Below, piece by piece: positions 51,115 through 64,000 of a stretch of 64,000 bases of DNA; the stretch's first letter is position 1, and every line of letters begins with the position of its first letter. The position numbers and the translations under genes were made by a program. This stretch comes from Mytilus trossulus. Taxonomy: Eukaryota. The notes beneath the pieces were generated by a model that saw only the letters and a program-made list of their open reading frames with translations, was not told the DNA's origin and ran no database searches. The stretch lies in assembly GCF_036588685.1 (NCBI RefSeq), contig NC_086375.1, forward strand, positions 40,238,001-40,302,000, given 5' to 3'.

Positions 51115-53694
51115 TGAAACTATATAATTTTTTTTCGTTTTATACAAGGTCTATAACATTTGCAAAAAAACGTATATGTTATAATATATTATACGAAATT
51201 TCGTTATTAAAGATATTCAAAACAAGATTGAACAAAACTCTTAGTCTTTAATGCTTCTTATAAATATTCAACGTTAATAAATTCGGATTATTGTACATTG
51301 TGTGTGTTAGCGCTCCTGTTTATCTAAACAAAAATATATAAACTTGATTTATGATTATTTTTTTAAATTATGAACAACATATATGATATAAAGCAAAGAC
51401 TGTATTTATATCTTTAAACTGCTATAAACCTATATATTTCGTTCATAGCTCAATTTGCTAAAACTATGCCTATAATAATAACAAACAATTGCAAATAATA
51501 AGACACTTTTGCAACAAAATTAGAGTTGATACTGAAAATTTCTAATGTTTATTTTTATGTCTTCTCGCTAATTTCTTTTAATTTAAATTCAATGGATATT
51601 CAACAAGTTTATGTATAATCCTTGTTCATGTGAACAATAAAATAAAATAACATAGCCAGTTTAAAAAGTGACTGGTTCATGAAAATAACTTGAAAATACC
51701 ATGTGAATATTGTAATTACCACTATGTATTGATATATGGTCATCTTTGAAATCGCGGGTCCGTATGTAAACTCAATTATATACTAGAACGTATGTTTTTT
51801 CGTGATGTTTAAATACGCTGACTCTTGAAATGCATAGAGACGTTTTATCAGACACCTCTTGTCGGTAAGTACCCTGCTATCTAAAAAAATCCTTGCATCA
51901 AATCTCTGGAGAAACTGTAAACAGACAGTTGTTTGGGTAAATATCTATTCTTATCAAAGATATCAACTAATCTAAGTCGACAGAACCTTCCTTATAGCAT
52001 TATCGAACCCAATATTACTGGACCAGATACTCATCTCTACATTAACTTTAATGTCTTTGCAGTGGTGCGCAAGGCTATTATTTTAAAAGTTTTAAAACTA
52101 ATTATCAACATGTCAAATAAAACCATACAAATCAGCATTGAAATTATGCATTCGTACCAGACCTGTGTTTCTTCTTTAAAAGACTCACCAGTGACGTTTA
52201 AATCAAATTAGGTTGAAAAGGCGACATAAATTTCCGTAACTTCTTGAAATATTCTACTGTATTTTTTAAAAACTAAAACACAGGCTTATCGTTAGAAATG
52301 GTCAGTGTATGTAAAGTGTCTAATGTAGAATGATAAATAAACAGACGAACTTTTTTTTAATTTTTGAAGAAAATGAAGAAAATTAGTTACAATGTATATG
52401 TTCAGAAATACATAATACCAATAAAACAAAGTAAGAGATGCGAACGGGGTTTTATCGCGCCTAAAGCCATCCAGCTGTGTCATATATACCAAAATAGGTG
52501 AATATTTAGGACATTTCACGAACAGATCGTGCAGGTACTTTATAACTAGCAAGTAAGATGTTGTTGCAGTAAAAAATATTCATTTTAATACAATTATTAA
52601 AGTTGTATAACGTAGAATATGTTTTGTCATTCAGTTTCTTCATATTTAACTAAATTCCACTATGATGATTTCGTAATGCTAGTCATGTTTACTGTCGAAT
52701 AATGATACTATTCTTTTATTTTCACTGTGGAGCGAATCATTAGTAATGTATATGCGGTGCATTTTCACTGTATAATTTATTTATTTTTTATCTATTACAG
52801 CTCATTTCTTTAAGCATGTAGAGCAAGACTTTAGTTGACTTGCTTGCTTTTTTTTTATTGGATAATCATTATGATAACACCCAATTTAATTCAAATATTA
52901 AAAATGCAGGTTAAACTATGTCTATTCATATTGTTTAAAAATGTCAATCTTATTTACAAAGTTTGTATAAATAATTATACAAACAAAGCAAGCAAGCCAA
53001 CAAAAGTTTTGCTTTACATTCATTAGGAAATTAGCTGTCATGCCTTAATTTAGCCGACTTGCTCAAATAATAGATAAAGTAAAAGAAAGATTTGATAAAA
53101 TGTAACTTACGGAGGAAAGTTTGGTTTTAAAACACTCTAATAAATTCAATAGAAATAACATTTATTTCAAATGTATTCCATTTAGTTTCTTATAAAGCGT
53201 ATAGGGATCTTTATCCTTATTTTTTTTATCCATTTCCATGACACTTCACCACTAATTACGTACAGTTTGATATAGATTGCACCTTTTTTTCCCGTTTAAA
53301 AGGTTTTACACTGGAGCCCTTTATAACTTGCTGTTCGGTGTGAGCCAAGACTCCATGTTGAAGACCGTATTTTGACGTATAATAATCTACTTTTATAAAT
53401 TGTGACTCGGATGGAGAGTTGTCTCATTGTCACTTACGACATCTATATATGGCTAAAAAACGAAACGAGACGGGATAAAAAGGGATAAAAAAATTCACGC
53501 TACTTTTTTAATATATTTATAATGGGCTTAATATGAGTCAGAATAGAGTAAAATAGTGGGTCGCATTTGGGTATAAGCGTCACGCCGGATTGCCAATTTT
53601 TTGCAAGCGTGACTGGTGAAAGTCAAATGACTGTGTAGTGAAAAACGGGAAATGAAGTCTAGCGGGACACGGATAATTACAAAAAAATAGAACT

Positions 53695-53800
53695 GCATAG
53701 TATAAGCGGGATACGGGAATCTGACAAAACAATAAGCGGAATACGGGAATCTGCAAAAACAGTAAGCGGGATCCGGGATCAGAACCCCCAAATGAGACCC
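53695..53800. repeat. Short ~30-bp tandem subrepeats within a probable interspersed element
   Basis: taagcgggatacgggaatctg(a)caaaac repeated ~3 times, just upstream of where homology to paralogue 2 begins. Confidence 0.5.
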
Positions 53801-54284
53801 CAGAATAAGATATTTTTGTATATTCATCCTATTATTACAGTCATGCCTTCAATAACAAATGTATCCGATGCATGCATTTTTTGATATTTTTGGTCCCTTT
53901 TTCAATTTTGTGGGGTCCAAATTTATTGACAAAAGTCCTTTAATATAGATATTTGGAATTCGTTGACATGCTGAATCTATCCGTGTATCAACCATATGCA
54001 TAACTTTTATTCGAACTTTCCTTGTTTCCTTCATTTCAGATCCCACTCAGTGGCTCCCGATTCCCGCCTACTCAAACCCAATTTTTTGTATCTAAGTATA
54101 TCCCTATTAAATAATCAAATACGTAATATCTTCAAGAAGGACACTTGTCCTGAAACCTAAACTAGAAATATATTTAATGGAGATTCGTCAGTGTAATTGA
54201 AACCAATATTTTTGAAATGTTGTTCTAATATAACAACTGAAAGTAACGAAAATTAATGGGTCGTTTGAAATCTATATATTTCAG

Positions 54285-57200
54285 AGAAAAACACTTCTTC
54301 GTCCTTGCTGTCAATATCAAACAAAACCATGAATGCGTCAACGACTGATCAATCGGTTACTTTTGGAACAACAATACTCAGTACGGATGCGTCAACATAT
54401 ACCACTACAAATTTGGCTTCTGTGATAACAACACCAACACATGACCAGGATACACCATCAGGTACAACTAAAAGTCATGACATATAAATATGTATCGATT
54501 TATCTTCTCATCTCTTTGTTATGATGATTGAAACTTTGTTTCATGACTTTCTTTTGATTTTTTGTGTATTTAAAAGTTTGAATATCCAGTTCACATGTCA
54601 AACCACTTAAAGGTTGCACTTCTGTAAATATAGACAATGTAATTTCCAATAGAAACTCCCTTTACGGCTAAAACTGTTCAATTTTATCAATGAAATTTAG
54701 TAACTTTCTAGAGCATAATCTTATACTAAAATTCTGTAATACCCATCCCTTCACTTTGGGTCTTATTCAGAATTCAATTGTCGCCGCTAACATGGGTATT
54801 CGGTAACATTCCCAAGGTATATCTCTATGAGATGAAACATAGAGATCATATCGGGGAAGCCGTACGTAATCAAAACAATATATCTATGAATACCATATAT
54901 CTCCCTAACAGCTGTATATATTTTTTCACTCACGGGAATTGCCTGTCAACCAGTTTGCGTATGACGAGATATATCATGTATCAAACAAAACGAATTAAGT
55001 GTTATATTAAAAAATGCTACGACATTTGCGTTAAGTTGGTCAATGTGGCTTGATTTGTAAAACAAAAGTGTAACATTTCCATTCGCTATTTATGAGATCA
55101 ATGACGAGAATAAAAGGTCATTATGGGCTTTGTTCCCTCCGTAGCAAATGAGACATGGTATATCTTCAAAGACTCGTTGATCATCATATTGTAATTAAAT
55201 CATTTGAGGTGGTATCATCTCGTTGTATAACCTATAAATGAATTTCTTATATAAAGGCTGTTTTTCAATATATAAACAGTGATTAAAAGGACAAACATCA
55301 AAAAAGATATTATAAAAAAGTTCCTTCCTCTTGTTTTTTTAATCATTGCTGTGTGGCCAATGATAGTTCAAATTGTAAAATACATTAAATCATTCTAATT
55401 AAAATTAGAATGGGTATGGGGAATGTGTCAAAGAGACAACAATCCTATCAAAGAGCAGAAAACAGCCAAATGCCGCCAATACGTCTTCAACAAGCGAGAA
55501 AATCCCACAACTGGTGTTGGAAATGCTTTTCATGGAATTAACCGGTGTTTGTCTAAACAAAAACAGAGAAAAAAAATACTCTTCTGGTGTTTGGGAACTC
55601 AAACCTGAATTTGAACCCATACAAATTGCAATGAAGAAACATACACTGCATAAAACTATATAAACACACTATTAGGTTAGATGAACCATCTTTATATTAG
55701 ATATATGCCATTTCAATATAAGACATGCTAAGTTTCATATGGGCTAAATTACTGAAATATCAGTTAAAGCTTTCTATGTCGTTTTGAAGTACTTATACGA
55801 ATCTGTCACTCAATCCTTCAATCTTGTAAGTTTATTACAAGTAAGTATTAAGTACAAGTTTGATCATTTTAATGGCATGTTTAGGTTTCAATGGAGTGAA
55901 AGTGAGCTTTTAATCCTCCGAGGAGTAATTTAGTCATGCAAAGATCTTATTTATTTCTTTACAGATAGCAGTTCATCTAAAGCACCAAGTACCACTATAC
56001 AACCGCACTGTAAGTACATGACTGTATAAAAAGACGGCATACAAAATAGTTTACAGAATATAAGAAGATCGTTGCGATTCGACATACATGTAGCTGCATG
56101 AAAATTATGTGTATTATGTCATCTCATACTTTCTGATTCCACCTTCACTTTGGATTACTTTTATATAGGATTTGTATGTCGTATATAGATATAAGAAGAT
56201 GTGGTATGAGTACCAATGAAACAACTCTCTATCCAAGTCACAGTTTGTAAAAGAAATCCATTATAGGTCAAAGTACGGTCTTTAACACCAAGTATTGACT
56301 TACACCGAACAGCAAGCCTTAAAGGGCCCCAAAAATGATTATTGTAAAACCATTCAAACAGGGAAACCAACGGTCTTATCTATATAATAAACGAGAAACG
56401 AGAAACGAGAAACACTAATCTCTGTTAAAGATTCCCTTTTAGGTGGTGTCGCTTATAAAGAAGCAAAAGTTCAGAAATATAACAGTCGCATATTTGAAAG
56501 TTTTGTTTTGCAATATGTTGTGTTTTGACTGTCCCTCTTTGGCATCACTTTTAGGAATTTTTGGTCCTAAATGCTCTTCAACTTCGTACTTTATTTGGCC
56601 TTTTAAACATTTTTTTATATTCGAGCGTCACTAAGGAGTCTTTTGTAGACGAAATGCGCGTCTGACGTAAATATAAAATGTTGGTCCTGGTATTCTCTTA
56701 TGAGTTTTTCTGGTATCTTTCGTCCCTCTTTCATAGTTCGTTTCTGTGTGTGTTACATTGTCGATTGCCGTTTGTTTTTTTGTGTTTCTGTTGTTTCTTT
56801 GTTTCCCTCGGTTTTAATTTGTAACCCGGATTTGTTTTCTTTCAATCGATTTATGACTTTCAAACAGCGGTATACTATTATTGTCTTTATTATAATAACA
56901 AATAAATATGTGAACTTCTTCAAATCTTAAAACTTGAAATGTATTTTTGATTTAAATTTGTTTGTTTTCCGTTCTGTATTCATTTGCTAAAAATATTTTA
57001 CAAAATCAATTAATACAGTTACTAAATGAGATTATTGAAGGACTCAGATTGTCCCTCTACCATGATAATAAGTGTTATAAAATTAGTTGTTTAATTAGTT
57101 ATCAAAAGTACCAGGATTATAATTTTTAAAAGATTCACATTGATGTCTCTACTTATAAAGTTGGATCACTGTAATCAATCATGGTGGTAACAAGAAACAA

Positions 57201-60200
57201 AAATTTTCAAAAGCTGAAATATCGTTACGAAATAAACTTCAGACTTTTACGACTGTGAAAAACACGATTGGATTTATTCTTTACAAAAATTCATTACGCT
57301 AACCTCACTTAAATTTATCGATATTATATTGTTAGCTGAACATCGACTTGCCATCTTATTTATATATATATTGTCTTTATTAAGTAAATTATAATATAAC
57401 ACCCATTTCAATGCACGAATTAGGAAGTTTCGAAACGTTTTATGTATTCAATTTTGGAAATTTAATATAAATAATGACACACAATTTACATGTAGTTCTC
57501 AATAGAATATGATCTTTTTTCATGCAACCATCTCATCACTTCCATTTTAGACATAATGTCATCACAAGCACTAAGTTCAACCATGCAATCTTACTGTAAG
57601 TACACCATTGTATACAAAATGTATCATATTGAAGAAAAAAAACAGTATACAGAGCATCAGAAGGTCTTGGAAAATAGTTTGAGGAAAATAAACAATATAT
57701 AGCATGTCGTATTTTGTCCTCGATTTTGTTCCCCCTTTTTATTATTTAAAGTTATTATTTTATTGTTTTTGGTTTTTAGTCACTTTTGTTGCAAATTCCT
57801 TTGATCAAGTGTTAAAAATGAGGATGGATATGGGGAATGTGTCAAAGAGACAACAACCCGACCAAATAAAAAACAACAGCAGAAGGTCACCAACAGGTCT
57901 TCAATGTAGCGAGAAATTCCCGCACCAAGAGGCGTCCTTCAGCTGGCCCCTAAACATATATATTCTAGTTCAGTGATAATGAACGCCATACTAATTTCCA
58001 AATTGTACACAAGAAACTAAAATTAAAATAATACAAGACTAACAAAGGCCAGAGGCTCCTAACTTGGGACGGGCGCAAAAATGCGGCGGGGTTAAACATG
58101 TTTGTGAGATCTGAACCCTCCCCCTATACATCTAACCAATGTCGAAAAGTAAACGCATAACAATACGCACATTAAAATTCAGTTCAAGAGAAGTCCGAGT
58201 CTGATGTCAGAAGATGTAACCAAAGAAAATAAACAAAATTACAATAATACATACATAACAACAGACTACTAGCAGTTAACTGACATGCCAGCTCCAGACT
58301 TCAATTAAACTGACTGAAAGATTATGATTTCATCATATGAACATCAGGCACAATCCTTCCCGTTTGGGGTTTAGTATCATACCATCATAACGTATTTGAG
58401 AAGAACATAACCCGTGTCATGCCAACAACTGTTTTTAGAATAAATGTGTTTAGTTCCGATGCAAAGACCTTATCAGTGACTCAATATAAACGCCAAAATA
58501 TGCAATCTTTAATGACTTGACAACAGTATCGTAAATATATCCCTTCTTAATAAGTCTATTCAAAGGTTTTGTAAGTTTCTGAGGTGAATACTGACACCTT
58601 TGTGCTTTATAAAGAATATTTCATAAAAAATGATGTGAAATACCTGAACGTATTAGAAGTCTGCATGTTGAGCTATATTTACGAATGATGTCTTTATATC
58701 GATGATAAAATTTAGTAAATGTTTTGACTAGTTTGTGATATCGAAAACCCTGGTGTAATAATTTTTCAGTAATACATAAATTTCTCTCGTTAAAATCTAA
58801 AACATTATTACATACACGAGCGAATCGTACAAGTTGAGATATATAAACACCGTAAGATGGTGACAAGGGAACGTCACCATCTAAAAACGGATAATTAACA
58901 ATAGGAAATGAAAAATCATCCCTTTTATCATAAATTTTAGTATTCAGCTTTCCGTTAGTGATATAGAAATCAAGATCGAGGAAAGGGCAGTGGTCATTGT
59001 TAGTATTAGCTTTATTTAAAGTAAGTTCAACAGGATAATTTCATTAATATACATACTGAAGTCGTCATTATTGAGAGCCAAAATGTCATCCAAATATCAA
59101 AAAGTATTTTTAAATTTGTTTATCAGATGTTGTTTCGATGGGTCTTTGCTTAATTTTGTCATAAATTGTAACTCATAACAATACAAAAACAGGTCTGCAA
59201 TAAGTGGTGCACAGTAAGTCCCCATTGGAATTCAGATAATCTGATGATATACGGAATCCCCAAAGCGAACAAAAATGGTATCTAGTAAAAATTCAAGGGC
59301 ATATATAGTATCAAAGCATGTCCAATTAACATAGTTTTTTTGTTTATTGCTACTAAAAAATGACCTAAAAGAGTTTGAACATATACATTCACATTCTGAT
59401 TTTTTGAATGCCAATTTAATTATGTGTGTGAATTTTTTCTTAATGAGAATGTGAGGCAATGTGGTATACAGGGTAGAAAAATCAAAACTTTGAACTGATT
59501 GAAAATCACCAATATAAGCATGCAATTTATCAAGTACTTCCAACGAGTTCTTGAAACTCCAAAAGTAATTTATTCCACTATTTGCGAAGGCCTTATTTGA
59601 ACAATTTGTCGCTTTTGAGAAAGTGATGAAGCTAAAGGTTTTCAGTGGAACAGTTTGAGTAAATTCTTTGTAAGATATATAGATGCTATCAGGATTCAGT
59701 AAAATGTTACAAAATATCTTTGTGACATATATGCACTAAAATGTTACAATTGTGTTCGCTTTCAGCCTGTCGCTCTTTTTCTATATATAAGTAAATTTCT
59801 ATAATCATAAGAGGCAAGAAACTGACAACACAATGCCAACAAAAATACAAAAGACGACGAACTATCAAATAAAACACCGTGCAACACGGCCGCGAAAAAA
59901 ACCAAGATGTCGTCATCCCCATTATACTATCTGAAATGTGGATATTTGTCTTTATCTGAAGTATTTTGTTTCAGATTCTGTCCTGATCGGGTCAACAAAG
60001 TGTAAATCCGACAATTTCATTTTCTATTTTTAAATCTTTTCAATTCAAAGATGCATTAAGAAATAATTTCAATGACGGCAAAATTGCATTCTTGTTTCTT
60101 AGTATAATAGTTTGTCCATTTTTGTTTGTTTTTTTAAAATCGTAAAAACTATCTTTGTTTCTTTTTTATCAAGGTCCGCCAACTGGTTCAGCGGTTTTAA

Positions 60201-63200
60201 AACTAAATCCTCATCAAATAGCTGACCTTGCAGATAACATATACTGGTATATGCATAGTTGCGAAGCCAACGTTGGTTATCCAGCAGACAATCTAAGTAT
60301 TGAAATTAGGAAGTCTGGTGAGATGGAATTCAGAAAATTGGACATAACAGCTGTAATCACAGAAGACAAGAAAACATCATGCGAAATTCATAGAAAAATT
60401 AACTTTGGAATCGAATTCACATCTGATATGGAGAATGCAATCATTAGATGTAAATTAATTCATAAGTTCTTCCCGGACTCTCCGAACTTTTATTCCAATA
60501 ATGAAACAGTTCTACTTATACCAGGTAAATACCGCTTTTGAAACTTAAGTTTAACTAAAACATTGAGAAGACCATCAAACTAAATCCTTTTCTATAAGAA
60601 CTTCATCAGGATATTTCTTCTTTTAGTCTGAGTATCTAGGGAGGAAACAGAAATGTCTAAATTATTTACTTGTTCATTTTAGACGATGAGCTTCTTTCTC
60701 CCTTGATCAAATTGGGAAAGTGAAAAACTTCCTGATAAATTGAATTTTTATTCGAACATTTCGCATTTCATTTACTAATTCTACAGAAGGTGAGGGCATG
60801 TAGAGGGTTTCTAAAAATCGAACAGTTCCATAAAAAAAAAAGGCGACCAAGTCAATTGACCTTTAGAATCATTACTTATTTAGCCTTTTCAATTTTCAAT
60901 AAGGAATGTTTACATATAAAAGAAAACCCTGTAAATAGCAGCTTTGATAACAATCAAACAAATCTTCAAAAGAATATGATACTCCTTTATTATTTTTTTA
61001 TCTTTGATACAATCACTTCATGTTACCTTTGAACTGTATGTGTCATTAGTCGGTATTAAAGGCTTTTCAAAATGTGTTTTAAAAACGAAATCGAGCTTGA
61101 TAAGGTGTGCTGATTTGAAAAATAGATGATTTAAATATCAGTTAAAGATCTATTGACTTATTGAAAGAGCTGAACTTCATCCACCTGTATTGTTGTGTGA
61201 AAATAAATGCATTGCAATATGACGGATAATACTTTATTTATATCTAAAAAATCTAAGCACAAGTGTTAACTGTGTCAAAATGAAATCAGTCATAAATAAT
61301 AAAGTTTACGATAAACGTAATGGAAATATAAACATCTTCGTTTTTACGTGTTTTAAACTCGTCATAGAAACCAGGATTACAATTATGCTCGTCAAGAAGG
61401 TATTTCAAATGAAAGAAAAAAATATGTTCTCATCTCCCGGAAAAAGTTTAAACTTGCAGTATGCTGTATTAGTCTAGACCCATGACGATCCTAGGTCAAT
61501 GCATGTGTTCAATATCAGTGATTACACAAAAACTACTTCATGTATGTTTTATCTGAACATCTGTTTCAATCATTAAACAATAAACAGTAACGTATATGTT
61601 CAGGACCATATGTGGACCAAAAGCGTATGGACATGACCATATGCGTATACTCATCTGGTCCGACCGTACGCGTATGGTCGGATCATATGAGTATAATACT
61701 CGTTTGGTTATTAATGGGCTAGACCATATGTGTATTTGGACCATGTAAGTATTTGTTTTTAAATTACATTAAAAAAGTTTCAATAATATAAAAACTGTAT
61801 TTAAAAAAAATGATGGTTACATGACAATGTTTTATTTTTATAATTCAAATATTACGTAAAAAACAAATATTGATGCCATAGTTGGTTTTCATGACTAATT
61901 ACATTCTTGCATGTAGGCTTGGGTTGACATTTTCTTGCACATGGTATCATAGCTATTTTGCATTTGCAAGTCGGTTGTGCACGATCCTTTTCATTTACAC
62001 CTTATGTCTGTGAGTGAAAAGCTAGCCTTTTTGTAGCTGCGTACAGTGATACCGAGGTCAATATTCAGATATGAATATGGTGTTTTTATGAAGCTCTAGA
62101 TCTCAAATATCATATTTACGTGACAACTAAATAAACTGTTACTTTCCAGTGACTTCTTGTGTAACAGTATATTAAAAAAAAAATGGAATTTTTTTAAGCC
62201 GACTTATCGCCATGCACTCGTAATAACAAATCGGTAATGACCATCGGTATAAAATTTGTTTATTATAATTTTGACAAGTAAGTAAAATTAACTATTTGAA
62301 ACTTCTAATTTTTATTTAGCTAATCTTTTTCTTATAATATAATAATAAAATGACCTATATGATAGCGTCTTTTTAATGAACGATCATACCATATGAAGAG
62401 TTTAGAAGTATTAAAAGTAAACCGTTATAGAGTGTTTATCACCCCGACCATACACGTACGGTCGGACCATACGCGTATGGTCGGACCATATGAGTATATA
62501 CCCATATGGGTATCACCATACGCGTATGGTCCAAATACTCATATGGTCCGGAACATATACATTATCCAATCTTTTCTGACGGTGCACTCTTGTAAATAAA
62601 TGGAATTTCTAATAATTATCGTTCAATGTTTATCTAGAAACTATAAACTTCAAAGAAAAGATAAAGAGACCTATTACCGTTTTTCTATTTAAAGTTATCG
62701 TTCTTATAACTGTAGATAGACTCATATGAAACTGATAACTTAAATTAAAACGTTGTTGAACTCTGTCTATTTCAATAAGTTATAAAACAAAAACAAAAAA
62801 CACACAACAGGACAATGCTATCTGTATTCCGTTTAAAAATTGGTTAAACTTATTTGAGCATTCGATTGTAATGGGGAAAAGGGATCCTAAATACCAATAC
62901 AATAACGATATAACGAGCGTAGAAATGCAACATTCATTCGGACGACTGATATATATTTCTGTTTCAATTAAAAATGTTGTGTACCACTTAAATTCGCAAT
63001 ATGCTATGCATGCATATAACATACGTATTGATAATTGTTTATGCATTTGTAAAATTGTAATACAAATGACTTTTATTTGAATAGGTTAAACATAATTCGC
63101 CACGTTAAGTTTAAGCTAGCTAGTTAAAAACTTGCTAAACATAGTTGCCTGTATTAAATTATTTTGGTTTATGACGATTCAATTTTTTCAGGTGATGCAT

Positions 63201-63374
63201 GCAAGGATAATACTGTCCCCCATAGCAACCGTGTACATCCCACAAATTGTCAACGTTATATACAGTGCCAAAATAAGAAACCCTATGGACAGGCCTGTCA
63301 GGAAAACTTTTGTTTTGGAATACATACAGTAGAAACATGCAAACATTGCGATGAAGTTACATGTCCGACACAAA
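54285..63374 (+). CDS. Paralogue 4: ectodomain exons only (no tail/TM exons found; continues beyond the window)
   Basis: Exons with intact splice sites and open frame: 54285-54461 stalk; 55965-56009; 57551-57595; 60174-60524 Ig1; 63192-63374 CBD1 (protein identical to paralogue 2). It may be a pseudogene or an alternative cassette. Confidence 0.7.
57814..59606 (-). mobile_element. Penelope-like retroelement (second family), 5'-truncated, frameshifted RT plus long 3' tail
   Basis: Minus-strand RT pieces SFDFSTLYT (ORF 59232-59543), GIPMG..CAPLIADLFL, RYLDD (~59085-59099) and YGVYISQLVRFAR (ORF 58621-58866). Empty site aagtgttgtccctttt in paralogue 2 (~29365). Tail fragments at ~27040-27140 and ~55410-55510. 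Confidence 0.85.
61597..62555. mobile_element. Non-autonomous TIR element with repetitive, palindrome-rich subterminal arms
   Basis: Ends tgttcaggaccatatg... / ...catatggtccggaaca, flanked by TATA on both sides. Empty site gtaacgtatacatt in paralogues 1 (~10340) and 2 (~31835). Confidence 0.85.
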
Positions 63375-64000
63375 GTAAGAAATAAATGAAATCGATTTTA
63401 GAATTTGGTGATGAATAACAAAGTTCATTCTGTTATATTCCGTTGGTTTAGGTCATGTCTAATTTCATTTCATTGTGCACGTATATTTGCACACAGTTTT
63501 AATATGATTTAATGATTAAGTACACGAAAAACAATCCAAATAGTTATCATAAGACTCATCAGTGACGCTCAAATCAAAATATTTATAAAGCCAAACAAGT
63601 ACAAAGTTGAAGAGCATTGAGGATCCAAAATTCCAAAACGTTGTGCCAAATACGGGTAAGGTAATCTATGCCAAAAACATTTTGCTTGAAAAACGTAAAA
63701 GCTTAGCAAAGTTCGATCATAGACATGGAATACAAACTTTCAACTACGTGTAAAACATGCATATTATATTAAACTTTAAAAGTATGTCGCATCAAGCAAC
63801 ACAGAAAATAGATTGAATGTCTAAATAAATATCGTTCAAGTTGACCTCTTTTTGTGTTCATTATTTTAATAAGAAGATGTGACAACTCTCCACAGAGAAC
63901 AAATGACAAAGAGGTTAACAACTATATGTCACCGTAAGCTTTCATTTTTGAAAAAGACGATGTTATATGATTGTGAAAAAGATAAATACCTGATATGCAT

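Larger units (their letters stand above)
53990..64000 (+). repeat. Further duplicate of the paralogue-2 segment ~25615-33180
   Basis: Colinear from caaccatatgcataacttttattcg (53989 vs 25616) to the window end, interrupted by two private insertions. Confidence 0.85.

Noticed and set aside
52150-52215. Additional hammerhead-like sequence (gactcaccagtgacg)
   Set aside because: Stems II and III are degraded. Probably an old retrozyme relic, not a functional ribozyme.

Overview
AT-rich, intron-containing animal DNA. The repeat and retrozyme content suggests a bivalve such as Mytilus; this is inference only. The window holds a + strand tandem cluster of four paralogous multi-exon genes that the ORF track shows only as fragments. 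Joining exons at GT-AG sites with consistent phases gives a type II membrane protein: Tyr-rich N-terminal cytoplasmic tail, single TM, Ser/Thr mucin stalk, then [Ig-like domain + 8-Cys chitin-binding CBM14/peritrophin-A-like domain] x2. Copies 2 (24082-36388, ~638 aa) and 3 (42812-51114, ~621 aa) are complete. Copy 1 (3397-16007) has no identifiable first exon. Copy 4 (54285->64000) has no tail or TM exons and runs off the window. Copy 2 is a chimera (copy-3-like 5' half, copy-1-like 3' half) at the junction of a ~16-20 kb tandem duplication, with further gene-conversion-like patchwork. Non-coding DNA contains two families of hammerhead-ribozyme tandem repeats (retrozymes) sharing a covarying RNA structure, two decayed Penelope-like RT elements, two TIR elements whose empty sites are visible in paralogues, and a LINE endonuclease relic.
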